From: a virus
Lineage: Duplodnaviria; Caudoviricetes
Length of the DNA: 64,000 nt
Direction: 5' to 3' (one strand)
Virus record (IMG/VR): IMGVR_UViG_3300048854_000065
Span: 2,100 to 66,099 of that record
The stretch's first letter is position 1; each line of letters opens with the position of its first letter. The notes below the pieces were generated by a model that was not told where the DNA came from, did no database searches, and saw only the letters and a list, made by a program, of their open reading frames with translations. Made by a program: the position numbers and the translations under genes. Positions 24,736-35,162 of this stretch are shown here, piece by piece.

Positions 24736-26862
24736 ATGTACTCGCAATCAGTCATCTTGCAAAAACTGGTGGACTTCGAGCGCCGTAATGGGTGGATGCC
24801 GGAGTATCACTCGCTGCAGTGGGTAGAAGAGTTCAAGGCCTACATTGACTCGATCACGCAGACCGAAGCCAACTCCCGCAACAGCTACATCGACCTGAAC
24901 ACGCGCGTAACCGCGCAGCGCGCCAACTGGATCAGGCGCATGATCGAGAACGAGCAGATTCTTTGCACCTACGACTCCTCCTATTGGGAGACGCGCTATG
25001 CGTACATCAGCGACAACTCGGCGACGATCTACAAGTTTCAGAATCGCAAGTCGCAGGAGGTTTTTGATTCGATCATTGCGGAGTTCGATGAAGAGGGCGT
25101 AGCGATTGAGCTGATGGTGCTGAAGGCGCGCCAGCTCGGCGTCTCGACAAAGGTCGCCCTGAAGTTTCTCCATCGCCTTCTGTTCATGAAGAACACACAG
25201 GGCGTTATGGCGTCGGTGAACACGGACAAGTCGGAGCTGCTTGGCCGCATGATGGATATTTGCCTGAAGCACCTGCCATGGTGGCTGATCCCACGCCAGA
25301 CCGTAGATCGAATCAAGCTGATGGAGTTCGCCAACGGCTCCGTGCTGGCAGTGCAGTCCGGATCGCAGGCGACAGGTATCGCGCAGGGATGGACGCCGAC
25401 GCTGGTGCACATCTCCGAGATCGGCGACATCCCCAACCCGAAGAAGGTACTCGAAGAGGGCCTGTTCAAAGCCACTCATCCCACGCGCAAACTGTTCGCA
25501 GTGTACGAAGGGACCGGCAACGGCAACACAGGTTGGCAGGCTGACAAGTGGAGAGGCATCAAAGAGGATTGGCCGAATCGCCGTTCTCGCCTTCGTCCCA
25601 TCTTCCTATCGTGGCCGTGCGCTCCTGACCAATACCCGGAGCCGGACTGGTTGCGTAAGTTCCCCATCCCGGCCGACTGGAGACCACACGCAGAGACCCG
25701 GAAGCACGTGGCGCGCTGTGAGGTATACATCCGCAACACGGACTATCTAGCCAAGATTTTCGGCAAGAACTGGAAGATGCCACGCGAGCAACAGTGGTAT
25801 TGGGAGTTCAATTACGACGAGGCAATCAAGACGCACACGCAGAAGGTGTGGCTCTCGCAGATGCCTGCTGATGACTTCGAAGCCCTGCAGGGCAAAAACG
25901 ATCCTGTTTTCGATGACAACGTAATTCAGGTAATCGAGCGGGAGCGAAAGAAGGAGTTTCAGGACTACGCCATTATTGGCGATAGCATCGATGACGGCTT
26001 TGAACCTCACGATGACATGATCGACTACGACAAGGAACGCATTCGGGTCTATTGGAATTCGCATCGCAATCAGCGTTATGAGTGGGTGATGGTGCCTCTG
26101 TTGCCGTGCAACGACGAGCGAGAAGTGGAGAGCTTGGGCAGGATTCGGGTGTGGGAGCCTCCGAAGGATGGCTATGATTACACCTTCGGCATCGATACGG
26201 CCGATGGTCTCGGAACGCCCGACGAGGATCGCTCCGTGCTCTCTGTCACACACAACGTCTTCGGCGAGTTCTGCGATGAGCAAGTATGCGAGTTCGTTCA
26301 CAACCGCGTGAATGCGCCTCAGATGGTCGGCTTCGCAGCTTGTCTGGCAGCGTGGTATGGACGCAGGACGAAGGACCCGCGCGGGGTGAAGTTTGCCATC
26401 GAACAGCGCGTGAGAACCGGCGACGACTGCCAGCTCCAGTTGAAGCTGATGGGCTTCAACTATCATCACGACGCTGCCACGCAGTACGACCACAAGCACC
26501 CTAAAGAAGGTCGCAGCGTGATTCAGGGATTCCGCACCAACGCAGTGACGCGGCCGCTGATGACGGGGCGCTTTGTCGATGCCATCAACAACGGCTGGTA
26601 TAAGCCCAACTCGAAGTGGCTGATTGAAGAGTGCCGTGCGTGGGAGCGCAAGACATTGGCCAGCGGAAAAACGCGCATGGACCACCAGAGCGGGAAGAAG
26701 GATGATCGGATCATGGCCGCAGGCATGAGTTATTTCAGCCGTCATCACTTCGATGTGATGGCTGAACGCGCGACGAAACGCTACACCATGCCGACCGATA
26801 AGAAGCCGCAACTGTCAGTGAATTGGGTTGAGTCAACGCTTGTAACAGTTGGCGACTGGTAA
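24736..26862 (+). CDS. terL: Terminase large subunit
   Basis: VLKARQLGVST Walker A, LVHISEIG Walker B, YEGTGNG, nuclease FGIDTADG...KKDDRIMA. Confidence 0.92.
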   Translation: MYSQSVILQKLVDFERRNGWMPEYHSLQWVEEFKAYIDSITQTEANSRNSYIDLNTRVTAQRANWIRRMIENEQILCTYDSSYWETRYAYISDNSATIYKFQNRKSQEVFDSIIAEFDEEGVAIELMVLKARQLGVSTKVALKFLHRLLFMKNTQGVMASVNTDKSELLGRMMDICLKHLPWWLIPRQTVDRIKLMEFANGSVLAVQSGSQATGIAQGWTPTLVHISEIGDIPNPKKVLEEGLFKATHPTRKLFAVYEGTGNGNTGWQADKWRGIKEDWPNRRSRLRPIFLSWPCAPDQYPEPDWLRKFPIPADWRPHAETRKHVARCEVYIRNTDYLAKIFGKNWKMPREQQWYWEFNYDEAIKTHTQKVWLSQMPADDFEALQGKNDPVFDDNVIQVIERERKKEFQDYAIIGDSIDDGFEPHDDMIDYDKERIRVYWNSHRNQRYEWVMVPLLPCNDEREVESLGRIRVWEPPKDGYDYTFGIDTADGLGTPDEDRSVLSVTHNVFGEFCDEQVCEFVHNRVNAPQMVGFAACLAAWYGRRTKDPRGVKFAIEQRVRTGDDCQLQLKLMGFNYHHDAATQYDHKHPKEGRSVIQGFRTNAVTRPLMTGRFVDAINNGWYKPNSKWLIEECRAWERKTLASGKTRMDHQSGKKDDRIMAAGMSYFSRHHFDVMAERATKRYTMPTDKKPQLSVNWVESTLVTVGDW

Positions 26863-26891
26863 GAATCTGTTGCGGCTCCAAGAAAATGTGA

Positions 26892-26909
26892 TGTAGGCTG
26901 TAGCCAACA
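26892..26909. promoter_or_regulatory. 18-bp palindromic operator copy
   Basis: TGTAGGCTGTAGCCAACA, intergenic. Confidence 0.75.
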
Positions 26910-26925
26910 TCGCGGCCTCCCCTTT

Positions 26926-27450
26926 ATGACCGAACTTGAACTTGTTACGCCTGAAACGCTTGCGCCTCTCGCTGTAGAACAGACAGCGCAGGCACCAGCG
27001 CAAGAACCCGCGCAAGAGATCGTCATGCCTCGCGGTAATGCGCAGATGGCGACGAAGATTTACTTCTGGCACAATCCGCGCACGCAGCACGTCATGCAGG
27101 GTGCGCCTCCGCAGTTTGACTCCATGAAGCCTATGGGCTACCAGACGATTGAGTGCAACCACGCACACGAAGCGGAGATGTGGAGCGAGCGCCTGCGCAG
27201 GCAGGATCAGCGCATCACGGAGATGAGCGACTACGAGCGCGAGCAGATTGAAGGTCCCATGCGCGACGACCTGCGCAAGCAGATCAAGGGGCGTCTGCGC
27301 GAGCTAGAGGCGGGGATCGACACGAAGAACGCACGTCTGAATGCCCTCTTCATGAAGAAGGCTCTTCAGATGTTGGATCAGCAGGAAGAGAAGGCCAAGA
27401 CGATCCGCCAGAGTTACCTGCACGTAGAGGCCTTCGAGAATGGCAAATAG
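26926..27450 (+). CDS. Hypothetical protein between TerL and portal
   Basis: ORF track; coiled-coil C-half. Confidence 0.65.
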   Translation: MTELELVTPETLAPLAVEQTAQAPAQEPAQEIVMPRGNAQMATKIYFWHNPRTQHVMQGAPPQFDSMKPMGYQTIECNHAHEAEMWSERLRRQDQRITEMSDYEREQIEGPMRDDLRKQIKGRLRELEAGIDTKNARLNALFMKKALQMLDQQEEKAKTIRQSYLHVEAFENGK

Positions 27451-29488
27451 GACCCGGCCCTCGTACTGGCAATGCCCACCGTTCACAGCGTCTCCAGAGG
27501 AGCGTATGGGATGGGTGGAGGAGAACATCCAAGAGGGCGAAGGCTGGCTGCAGGGACAGCGTTCCTATAAGACACTTCCGCAGAACATGCGCATTTTCGA
27601 TGCGGTGTTCAACGACAAGACGAAATCGACGCTCATCACCAACGAGCTGAAGTACGACGTTCGCAAGTTCGTAGAGACCCTTTCGGACATGCGCGAGATC
27701 GGGACCTATGGCTCCGATGCATCACAGTACAAGCAGTACGCCGACATGGAGACGCGTCTGGCGAAGGTGGTCTATCTGGAGTCGTGCTTTACCGGCCAGC
27801 TCCGGAAGACGCTGCAGTATGCCGGGGTGATGGGGCGCGGCTACAACTGGCCGAAGGTGAAGACAGCCAACTATGGCTTTGGAGAACGTCAGTTCGTCTT
27901 CGAGCCGTTAGGCCTGATGGATGTCATCCCGACACAGGTGCCGTCCACCAACGACGTACAGGACGCCTACACCTGCACAATCTTCGAGTACATGCCCATT
28001 GCTGAGGCGCATGCCCGGTTCCCCCTGTATCAGGATGAATTGCGGCCAGTAGATCGCATGCGTTTCACATCGCTGGTCCAGAGCCGTCGCGTAGACCACG
28101 CAGAACGGTTTCGCTACGGCACTGAACAGCGCGACTTCGGCAGTCTGAACTGCGAGATTCGCTACACCTTTGTTCGTGATATCTCGATCAACAAGTACGG
28201 CAAGCCGCTCCCCATGGGGCAGCCGGGAACGAGCTGGTTTTACATCGTGCCGTTCATCGGTCAGATGATCTTTGGTGGAGTGCGTGGTGGCCATCCGTTC
28301 TATCGCCCTGCCACCGAAGAAGACTGCATGATCTACCCGAATCTTCGACTCATCATCTCCAATCGCGGGATGTCGAAGCCGATGTATGACGGTCCTGCCT
28401 TCGACTGGCATGGTCAGATTCCGGTGGTGCAGTACGAGGTGGATGACTGGCCATGGCAGTCGATAGGGAATTCTCTGGTCGGCGACGTGGGATCGATTCA
28501 GCAGGCGATCCGCAAGCTGGAGCGAAAGATGGATCAGGTGATCGGTGTGACGCTGAATCCGCCGATGGGATACGACCGATCCGCTACAGCGGGACCGAAG
28601 ATTGAGCACTTCGATCTGTTCGAAGAAGACGTACGCGCAGGCGTGGATGGAACCCCGGCGAACGTGTTGCAGTCACTTCTTCCCGATTCAGTGCAGGCAA
28701 GACAGGTTCACTTCGACTGGCTGCAGTATTTGAGCGCGAAGATGGGCAAGCAGCTCGGTCTGGAAGATGTGGCCAATCTTGCTCTGTTGAACGCGAACAT
28801 TGCCAGCGACACGGCAGACAAGCTGTTGGAGAGCATTGGACCCGTCGCCAAAGGCATCGCGGCCAACATCGAACGCTCGAATGCGAAGATTGCCTACCAG
28901 TTGAAATTTATGATCCCGCAGTGGTTCGATACTGCGCGCGTGATCTCCATGATCGGCCCCGACAACATCACTCGCGAGGTCTTCGACTACGATCCGCAAT
29001 CGCTGATTCCTAGTCATCTCGAAGACGAGCTGGTACAGGGAAAAGTGCCCTTCGATCCTTCGTACTACACGCAGCTTCAGCGCGCGAAAAAGTTCGCCAA
29101 GAACATCCGCCTGACTTCGATCCCATCTACGCTGCTGAAGGTGACGCAGATGCAGGAGCAGTTGAAGTGGCTGCAGCTCTGGCGCGGTCAGGCCCCGATT
29201 GCCTTTGCCGACGTGGCGAAGAAGATGGACATCGACAACTATGGCGAGGTGCCGGGAGCTACGCTGCGCGAGCGCTTCGTCAACGAGAAGATGCAGGACC
29301 TTCAATTGCAGGCCATGGCGGCACAGGAGGCACAGGGACTCGGCCTTGCTGGCCCTCCGGAGCCTGCAGGACCTACGCCACAGCAGGGCGGTGGCAAGGG
29401 CAAGCCGGGACGGCCGCCTAGTGGTCAGGCTCCGCCGAAGATCGTGCAGAAGAGCGATGGACGCACCACAGTAACGGAGAGCCGATGA
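27440..29488 (+). CDS. Portal protein
   Basis: 682 aa after TerL, Q/P/G-rich C-terminal tail typical of podoviral portals. Confidence 0.75.
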   Translation: MANRTRPSYWQCPPFTASPEERMGWVEENIQEGEGWLQGQRSYKTLPQNMRIFDAVFNDKTKSTLITNELKYDVRKFVETLSDMREIGTYGSDASQYKQYADMETRLAKVVYLESCFTGQLRKTLQYAGVMGRGYNWPKVKTANYGFGERQFVFEPLGLMDVIPTQVPSTNDVQDAYTCTIFEYMPIAEAHARFPLYQDELRPVDRMRFTSLVQSRRVDHAERFRYGTEQRDFGSLNCEIRYTFVRDISINKYGKPLPMGQPGTSWFYIVPFIGQMIFGGVRGGHPFYRPATEEDCMIYPNLRLIISNRGMSKPMYDGPAFDWHGQIPVVQYEVDDWPWQSIGNSLVGDVGSIQQAIRKLERKMDQVIGVTLNPPMGYDRSATAGPKIEHFDLFEEDVRAGVDGTPANVLQSLLPDSVQARQVHFDWLQYLSAKMGKQLGLEDVANLALLNANIASDTADKLLESIGPVAKGIAANIERSNAKIAYQLKFMIPQWFDTARVISMIGPDNITREVFDYDPQSLIPSHLEDELVQGKVPFDPSYYTQLQRAKKFAKNIRLTSIPSTLLKVTQMQEQLKWLQLWRGQAPIAFADVAKKMDIDNYGEVPGATLRERFVNEKMQDLQLQAMAAQEAQGLGLAGPPEPAGPTPQQGGGKGKPGRPPSGQAPPKIVQKSDGRTTVTESR

Positions 29489-29646
29489 CGAAGTGCGAGA
29501 AGTGCGGAAAGGAAGTTGGTCCCGGTAGGACAATCACTATCGGCTGTTACGGCTGCTTAGACGCGCTGGTGAAGTCGGGTTATGGCGTGGATAGATGGTC
29601 GAAACCGATAAGAGAAATGTGGGAGCAGAGGCCCGAAGAATACCGA
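29485..29646 (+). CDS. Small zinc-finger protein
   Basis: ATGA coupling; MTKCEKC...GCYGC read by hand. Confidence 0.4.
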
Positions 29647-29909
29647 TGACAGCAGCGCCAGTGCATGTGAGTGACGAGGAGATGATCGTCAGCACGACAG
29701 ACTTCATCGTGACAGAGAGCGTGTTGAATGCGAAGGCTAGCGCAGCCGATATCGCCTCGTTCATGCGGCGTATGAAGACGACAGGAAAGCTGACCTACGA
29801 GACGCAGCAAGGCGGAGTACGCACCATCGTTGTGATCGAGCGCACGAAGCTTGCAGGAAATGTTTCGAAGAGCGTTCGTCGCATGATCGGCATGAGCGAT
29901 TCAGCATAA
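29646..29909 (+). CDS. Hypothetical protein
   Basis: MTAAPVHVSDEE..., ORF track. Confidence 0.55.
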   Translation: MTAAPVHVSDEEMIVSTTDFIVTESVLNAKASAADIASFMRRMKTTGKLTYETQQGGVRTIVVIERTKLAGNVSKSVRRMIGMSDSA

Positions 29910-29917
29910 TTTCAAAA

Positions 29918-29935
29918 TGTAGTTGACAGCCTACA
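29918..29935. promoter_or_regulatory. Palindromic operator containing TTGACA
   Basis: TGTAGTTGACAGCCTACA, upstream of the scaffold/capsid genes. Confidence 0.75.
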
Positions 29936-30074
29936 TTCGATATGTTGGAGTAACGAAGACGCGATTCACTTCGCGCATGAGATTCAGTCACCCCCATCCC
30001 TCGGGACTGTGCCTGCCTCAAGAGCTGAAAAGCCTTGGGGCTTTTCTATTTTGGGCACTATTCGGAGGAAGTTA

Positions 30075-30199
30075 TGGCTGGAGCAAAAGGCGTAAAAGTT
30101 GTGGGTGGAATCAAGACTGACGCATCTGCGCACCTGATGAAAAAGGGTTCTAAGCGCAAGGGTGGCGAGAAGGCCATGAAGGCAGAAAAGAAGAAGTAA
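30075..30199 (+). CDS. Lys-rich microprotein
   Basis: RBS GGAGG; MAGAKGVKVVGGIKTDASAHLMKKGSKRKGGEKAMKAEKKK read by hand; boundaries approximate. Confidence 0.5.
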
Positions 30200-30254
30200 C
30201 TACCAGCCGGATAGGTTCTCTATCCGGCGTTCCTGTTTATCCGCGAGGAAAAGA

Positions 30255-30542
30255 ATGGCAGCAGCTCCAGTTCCCGATCCGTCACAGCAGCCCGGTGCAG
30301 CAGCGCCGCAAGGCGCGCCAGCTCCAGACCCTTCGCAGGGTGGAGCACCGTCGCAGGCTCCGGCTCCCCCAGAGCTGATGTTCCTCGCCAATATTCAGGG
30401 CGTTCTCCAGAAGTTTGCAACGCAGTATCCCGCAGCCTCCTCTGGCCTTTCGAAAGCAGCACAAGGCCTGAACGAAGCGATGAGCGCGATCACGGTTGCT
30501 CAACCGCAGCAGCAGACTCCGCAGATGAGTCCGCCTTACTAG
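30255..30542 (+). CDS. Pro/Gln/Ala-rich head-associated protein
   Basis: RBS GAGGA; position before scaffold. Confidence 0.55.
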   Translation: MAAAPVPDPSQQPGAAAPQGAPAPDPSQGGAPSQAPAPPELMFLANIQGVLQKFATQYPAASSGLSKAAQGLNEAMSAITVAQPQQQTPQMSPPY

Positions 30543-30555
30543 ACCGAGGGAGTCT

Positions 30556-31380
30556 ATGCCAACGACCGCAGAAGTTTTGAAATCCGTAGGAATGACCGAT
30601 GAGCAGATCGCAGCGCTTGACGCGAAGGCCGTCGAAGGGTTCAACGCAGTGCTTTCCAGCGCAGAGCAAGAGCGTCTTGCCGCCGAGACCGCACAGCGTG
30701 CAGCCAATGATCTTTTCGAAAAGCAGATTACCCCGGCTTTGAACGAGTGGGGAAACAAAGAAGCGAACCTGAACGCAGAGCGCGATTACTACAAGCGGCT
30801 CGCTGAAGGCGCAAAGAGTGGTGGATTTGTGGCCGACGTTCCTCCCTTCCAGCCGAACAATCCGAATCCGCGTGACCCGAACAGCGGCCGCTATGTACCG
30901 AACGCCGTGCCGGGATCGCCTGATATTTCGCAGTTTCGTTCCGAGGTAGGGAACGCGCTCGGCATGATCGCCGACCTGCAGTGGAACTACCAGAAGCTTT
31001 TTGGAACCGCGATGCCCGACTCTCCGACCGCGCTTGGCGAAGAGGCTGGACGCAACCGCATGAACATCGCGGATTGGGCAGCGCAGAAGTACAAGTTCGA
31101 TGACCGGCGCAAGGCGATTGCACTCGAAGAGTCGCAGAAGCGCGAAGAAGCGATTCGCAAGGAAGAGCGCGAGAAAACCACGCGTGAGTTGAGCGAGAAG
31201 TACGGCTCCAACCCTAACGTGCGACAGGGTTCAGTTTCACAGTTTTCTGAACTGAAAAAGGGCGTAACGGAAGGAACGCGAGTAGACCCGCTGAAGATGA
31301 CGCCTGCAGAACGCAAGGCGGCCACACAAAGCTCCATCCGTCGCGACTTGGATACAGCAGCAAACACAACGATTCAGTAG
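30556..31380 (+). CDS. Putative capsid scaffolding protein
   Basis: Helical/coiled coil, immediately before the capsid gene. Confidence 0.6.
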   Translation: MPTTAEVLKSVGMTDEQIAALDAKAVEGFNAVLSSAEQERLAAETAQRAANDLFEKQITPALNEWGNKEANLNAERDYYKRLAEGAKSGGFVADVPPFQPNNPNPRDPNSGRYVPNAVPGSPDISQFRSEVGNALGMIADLQWNYQKLFGTAMPDSPTALGEEAGRNRMNIADWAAQKYKFDDRRKAIALEESQKREEAIRKEEREKTTRELSEKYGSNPNVRQGSVSQFSELKKGVTEGTRVDPLKMTPAERKAATQSSIRRDLDTAANTTIQ

Positions 31381-31396
31381 GAAGGGATAGACGACA

Positions 31397-32635
31397 GTGC
31401 CAACCCCTAACGATCCGCTATACAACGAAATTGATGCCACGACACTTGAGTCTGTGCGCAAGAACGTTATCTTCAACAACTTCTTCGTACAGACCGCGTT
31501 TCAGGCAAAGCTGAGGGCATCGGGTGCGCTCGATCCGTTCCTCGGCGGCAGCGCGATGATGGAGACCTTCATCCATGGTCGCGTACAGGGGCAGGCAGTT
31601 CGTCCCGGTCAGTCCGTCACCATCGTCCGGAATCCGATCAATACCGGATTCAACTGGCAGGAAAAGGCCTACGTGGCTTGGTTCCCGTATGACGATTGGG
31701 AGCTGGATGACGGATCGGGACAGGGCGGAGTTATCAACTCCGGCGAAGCTCGGATCATCAACCTGTATCAGGTCATCATGGAGAACGCCACCGAAGTCAT
31801 CGAAACGATGATCGAGATGGACTCGTATCGCCATGGGCAGGCACCGACCGCAGGCGTGACCGACAACCGCATCCTGAATTCGAACGGTGTGGATGAGGCC
31901 TTCAACAACGGTATCGATCCTTCGCCTTACGGCAACGTGTATCAGTACTACGGTGGTCAGGTGCGCAACGGCGTTGTAGGCAAGGCGCTGAACAGCACCC
32001 CGTTGTATCTCGGCACCCCGACCGGTGGCGTTGGTCAGATCGACTTCAATGCGCTGATGCAGCTCTGGGCACAGTGCAAGATCACTGGCGGCGAGCCTGA
32101 TCTTGGCATCACCAACGTCTTTGGCTTTGTCGCGATTGCGAATGCGCTCGACGCACAGCGCCGTGACATCTCGAATACGAAGCACGACATTCGGTTCGAT
32201 GGCCTGAATTTCAACGGCGTAGACATCTACGCCAGCCCGTTGGCTCCTTCTTCGCAGGCACAGAATTACATTCCTCTGGCCGGTAAGAACGGCAGCGCAG
32301 GCAACAACACCTTGACGGACGGTTCGGGCGTGAGCACTCAGCTCTTTCCCTTTACCTCGCCGCAGTTTACGCAGAACGGTGCAAACGTTCCGTTCTCGCC
32401 GACCGGCTCTAACATCCCGTCGAACACTGTCATCCAGCCCGGTGAGTATCTGATGTTCTGCCAAGCTAACGATTTCAAGCTTCGGCCGACCGACAAATCC
32501 GGATGGAACTTCGGTATCCGCAAGACTCAGATGCCGAACAATGTCTCGCTGGATGCAGTCATGATCCGGCTCGGAACGAACTTGTATAACCCGATGCCGC
32601 GTCACGGCGCGATTGCTTACGGATTCGGGAAGTAA
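31397..32635 (+). CDS. Major capsid protein (HK97-fold presumed)
   Basis: 412 aa after scaffold; N-terminal NEIDATTLESVRKNVIFNNFF, C-terminal PRHGAIAYG. Confidence 0.75.
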   Translation: MPTPNDPLYNEIDATTLESVRKNVIFNNFFVQTAFQAKLRASGALDPFLGGSAMMETFIHGRVQGQAVRPGQSVTIVRNPINTGFNWQEKAYVAWFPYDDWELDDGSGQGGVINSGEARIINLYQVIMENATEVIETMIEMDSYRHGQAPTAGVTDNRILNSNGVDEAFNNGIDPSPYGNVYQYYGGQVRNGVVGKALNSTPLYLGTPTGGVGQIDFNALMQLWAQCKITGGEPDLGITNVFGFVAIANALDAQRRDISNTKHDIRFDGLNFNGVDIYASPLAPSSQAQNYIPLAGKNGSAGNNTLTDGSGVSTQLFPFTSPQFTQNGANVPFSPTGSNIPSNTVIQPGEYLMFCQANDFKLRPTDKSGWNFGIRKTQMPNNVSLDAVMIRLGTNLYNPMPRHGAIAYGFGK

Positions 32636-32644
32636 GGAGCGAGC

Positions 32645-33472
32645 ATGCTGAAGGTATTTGATTTTCTACCTACACCCCTGAACGCGGCGAATGACATCTC
32701 GCCAAGCGGCTTCTATAACTCGCGCACCTATCAGCAGACGAACGCGGGTGGATTGGTGCTCGGCGATGCCGTTGACTTTGACAATGCCGGTGCCGCGAAT
32801 CAGTCCAACACTTCGATTGGTCTCCTGTTTCAGGGGCGCTATCGCCGGGTGAAGGTATCGGCAAACGCCACGGCTGCCAACGTAGCCAAGGGACTCGCTG
32901 CCTTCGTGCAGCCCGGTTCTACGGTGATCGGCGCTCTGGTGCTGACTGCAGGTACGGGACAGAATCCCGGCGTGTATCAGGTAGCGGGAACGGGTGGAGG
33001 TGGCACAGGAGCCATCATCAGCGTGATCGTGGGCGCTGGTGGCACTGTCACCACGCAGCCCATTCTGGTCGCATCCGGCGAAGGCTACACCTCGGCACCG
33101 ACGTTTACGTTGGCCTCTGGTGGAACCCCTGCAACCTTCCAAGCGCAGATGTCGGAGGACAGCTATACCGTCACTGACTTCGCGACTACGGGAGTGATCC
33201 TGCAGCAGCCGCGTGGCATCTTCCTCAACTCGATCACTCCGGGTAACTACGGATGGATTCAGGAGGACGGTATTGCGACCGTGCTTTACGCTGCGGCTGT
33301 GACTGCGAGCACTGTAGGCAATCTCGTCGCACCCAAGGCAGCTTCGGCTGGCGCGTTTGATTCCACTGTCGCGACTACGTATCTCGTCGGCGCATACGGA
33401 ACCGCCATCGATAAGCCCATCGGCGCGACCTATGGCCGGATCGTGATGAACATCCCGGTCTGGAACGGATAA
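32645..33472 (+). CDS. Putative capsid decoration protein with inserted Gly-rich beta module
   Basis: Follows capsid; SITPGNYGWIQEDG motif; GEGYTSAPTFT module. Confidence 0.55.
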   Translation: MLKVFDFLPTPLNAANDISPSGFYNSRTYQQTNAGGLVLGDAVDFDNAGAANQSNTSIGLLFQGRYRRVKVSANATAANVAKGLAAFVQPGSTVIGALVLTAGTGQNPGVYQVAGTGGGGTGAIISVIVGAGGTVTTQPILVASGEGYTSAPTFTLASGGTPATFQAQMSEDSYTVTDFATTGVILQQPRGIFLNSITPGNYGWIQEDGIATVLYAAAVTASTVGNLVAPKAASAGAFDSTVATTYLVGAYGTAIDKPIGATYGRIVMNIPVWNG

Positions 33473-33482
33473 GGAGCGAGCG

Positions 33483-34037
33483 ATGCAGCTTACTTTTCTT
33501 CAGGGCTATCCCGATTACGTTGGCAAGCGATTCATCTTCGCTGGCTACGGAAACGGGCCTGCGTCCTACGTGGCAGGTGGCGATCCAATTGTGCTGCCTC
33601 GTTACGACAACTACATCGATGTGATCTTTTCTGCATTGACTGTTGGCGGAGCCTTCGAAGTGAAGGCTCTCCCTCAGTCCTACGGGAACCGCGCCACACA
33701 GACGCTTCTGTGGACTGGTGTAGCGGGAACCATCGCTTCGGCCGCGCAGACGACTCCGGGAACCGGGATGACTCCCGGCGCCTACATCGTCAACGGGGCA
33801 GGCGGAGGTGGAACCGGAGCGCAGATTTCAGTTGTTGTCGCCAGTGCGACCACGATTGGAGCGGTCACCGTACTGAATGCCGGAGTGGGCTATGCCACTC
33901 CTCCTACCTTTACCCCTGTGACAGGTGGGACGCCGGTTGTTCTGACCGCGACTCTCACCACAGCAGGACCGGTAGCAGCGGGAACCAATCTGTCACAGCA
34001 GGTGGTGCAGATCGGCGGATACGGCGGAGTGTACTAG
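33483..34037 (+). CDS. Virion protein with the same Gly-rich beta module
   Basis: GGGGTGAQISV...GVGYATPPTFT. Confidence 0.55.
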   Translation: MQLTFLQGYPDYVGKRFIFAGYGNGPASYVAGGDPIVLPRYDNYIDVIFSALTVGGAFEVKALPQSYGNRATQTLLWTGVAGTIASAAQTTPGTGMTPGAYIVNGAGGGGTGAQISVVVASATTIGAVTVLNAGVGYATPPTFTPVTGGTPVVLTATLTTAGPVAAGTNLSQQVVQIGGYGGVY

Positions 34038-34069
34038 CGCCGAGTGCAAGCCAGAACGATTGCCAAGGT

Positions 34070-34106
34070 GGGCCTCGTCCGGCATATGGAAGAGGCCCTT
34101 CTTTTC
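34070..34106 (+). terminator. Rho-independent terminator after the capsid operon
   Basis: GGGCCTC...GAGGCCC followed by TTCTTTT. Confidence 0.6.
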
Positions 34107-34122
34107 GAGGAGGAGGTTTTGA

Positions 34123-35154
34123 GTGCTACGGGATATGGAAAAAGAGTTGTTGGGCGACGTGCCGCAGCTTCCTCTTCCTTACGCGAAGACGCTCATCAAC
34201 CGCGCTCTAAAGCTGATCTATGATGAACAGCGCTGGAGCTTCCAAGTAAAGGAGTCGGGATGGTTGAGCCCTGGCTTGCTTGGTGGCCAACCCACGAATT
34301 TGTCTTACCGGAGTCCCGGCCGGATCAGTGTGCAGACGTACCAGAACACGGTGTACGCCGATGCTGTTGCCACGACATTGTGGGGAAGTCTGGTGGGGCG
34401 GCCGTTTCTGACGGAGCAGCAGTTCAGGATTCCGTCTTACGCTCTGTACAACATCATCGCCTACTATGCTCCCGGTGATAATCCTGACGATCCCGGCACG
34501 CCATTCGCCACGCTTGTTCTAGATCGCAACTGGATGGAACCCGCGCAGGTGAATGCGGTCTACATGATCTATCAGGCGTACTTCGCCACAGGATCAGAGA
34601 CCTTCCGCAAGTTCGGTGCGATCCGCGATACCACCAACAATGCATGGATCAACTGGTGGGGACGCGATCAGGCGTGGTTGAGCGTGAACGATCCGCAACG
34701 CGAGGTGTTCGATCAGCCTACGCATGCGATGCCCTACGAGGTGGATCAGCGGCCCAACAGCGCCACGCTAGGACAAATGATGTATGAGCTGTGGCCGCAT
34801 CCTCTCAGCATCCTTCCCTACGCCTACAACTACATTCATCAGGGACCGTTGCTGAAGAAGCCCACTGACACGGTGCCCTATCCGCTGAATGAAGAGCTGG
34901 TGCTTTGGCGCGCGAAGGAGCAGGCCTACCTCTACAAGGAATCGCAGAAGGGCGAGAACGTTCAGCGCGGGTCCGGTGCTGATTGGCGCTTCCTCACGCA
35001 GGATGCACGTGTTCAATACAACACGCGTTTGAAGACCGTGAAGCTGCTGGATGCCGGTCTCGGCGATCTGTATTGGGCGAAGTTTGTTTCTACCCCGATC
35101 TCTCAGAACGGCTACGAGACCATGGTCGGCACGCTGAACGTTGGAACTTTCTAG
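34123..35154 (+). CDS. Putative head-tail adaptor
   Basis: GTG start; AKTLINRALKLIYDEQRWSF pattern typical of adaptors. Confidence 0.55.
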   Translation: MLRDMEKELLGDVPQLPLPYAKTLINRALKLIYDEQRWSFQVKESGWLSPGLLGGQPTNLSYRSPGRISVQTYQNTVYADAVATTLWGSLVGRPFLTEQQFRIPSYALYNIIAYYAPGDNPDDPGTPFATLVLDRNWMEPAQVNAVYMIYQAYFATGSETFRKFGAIRDTTNNAWINWWGRDQAWLSVNDPQREVFDQPTHAMPYEVDQRPNSATLGQMMYELWPHPLSILPYAYNYIHQGPLLKKPTDTVPYPLNEELVLWRAKEQAYLYKESQKGENVQRGSGADWRFLTQDARVQYNTRLKTVKLLDAGLGDLYWAKFVSTPISQNGYETMVGTLNVGTF

Positions 35155-35162
35155 GAGTAACG

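Noticed and set aside
31418-32605. Long antisense ORFs (also 12419-13288, 19221-20393, 22377-23567, 25747-26811, 44640-45656, 45677-46846)
   Set aside because: Shadow frames of GC-rich sense genes, with no RBS or motifs.
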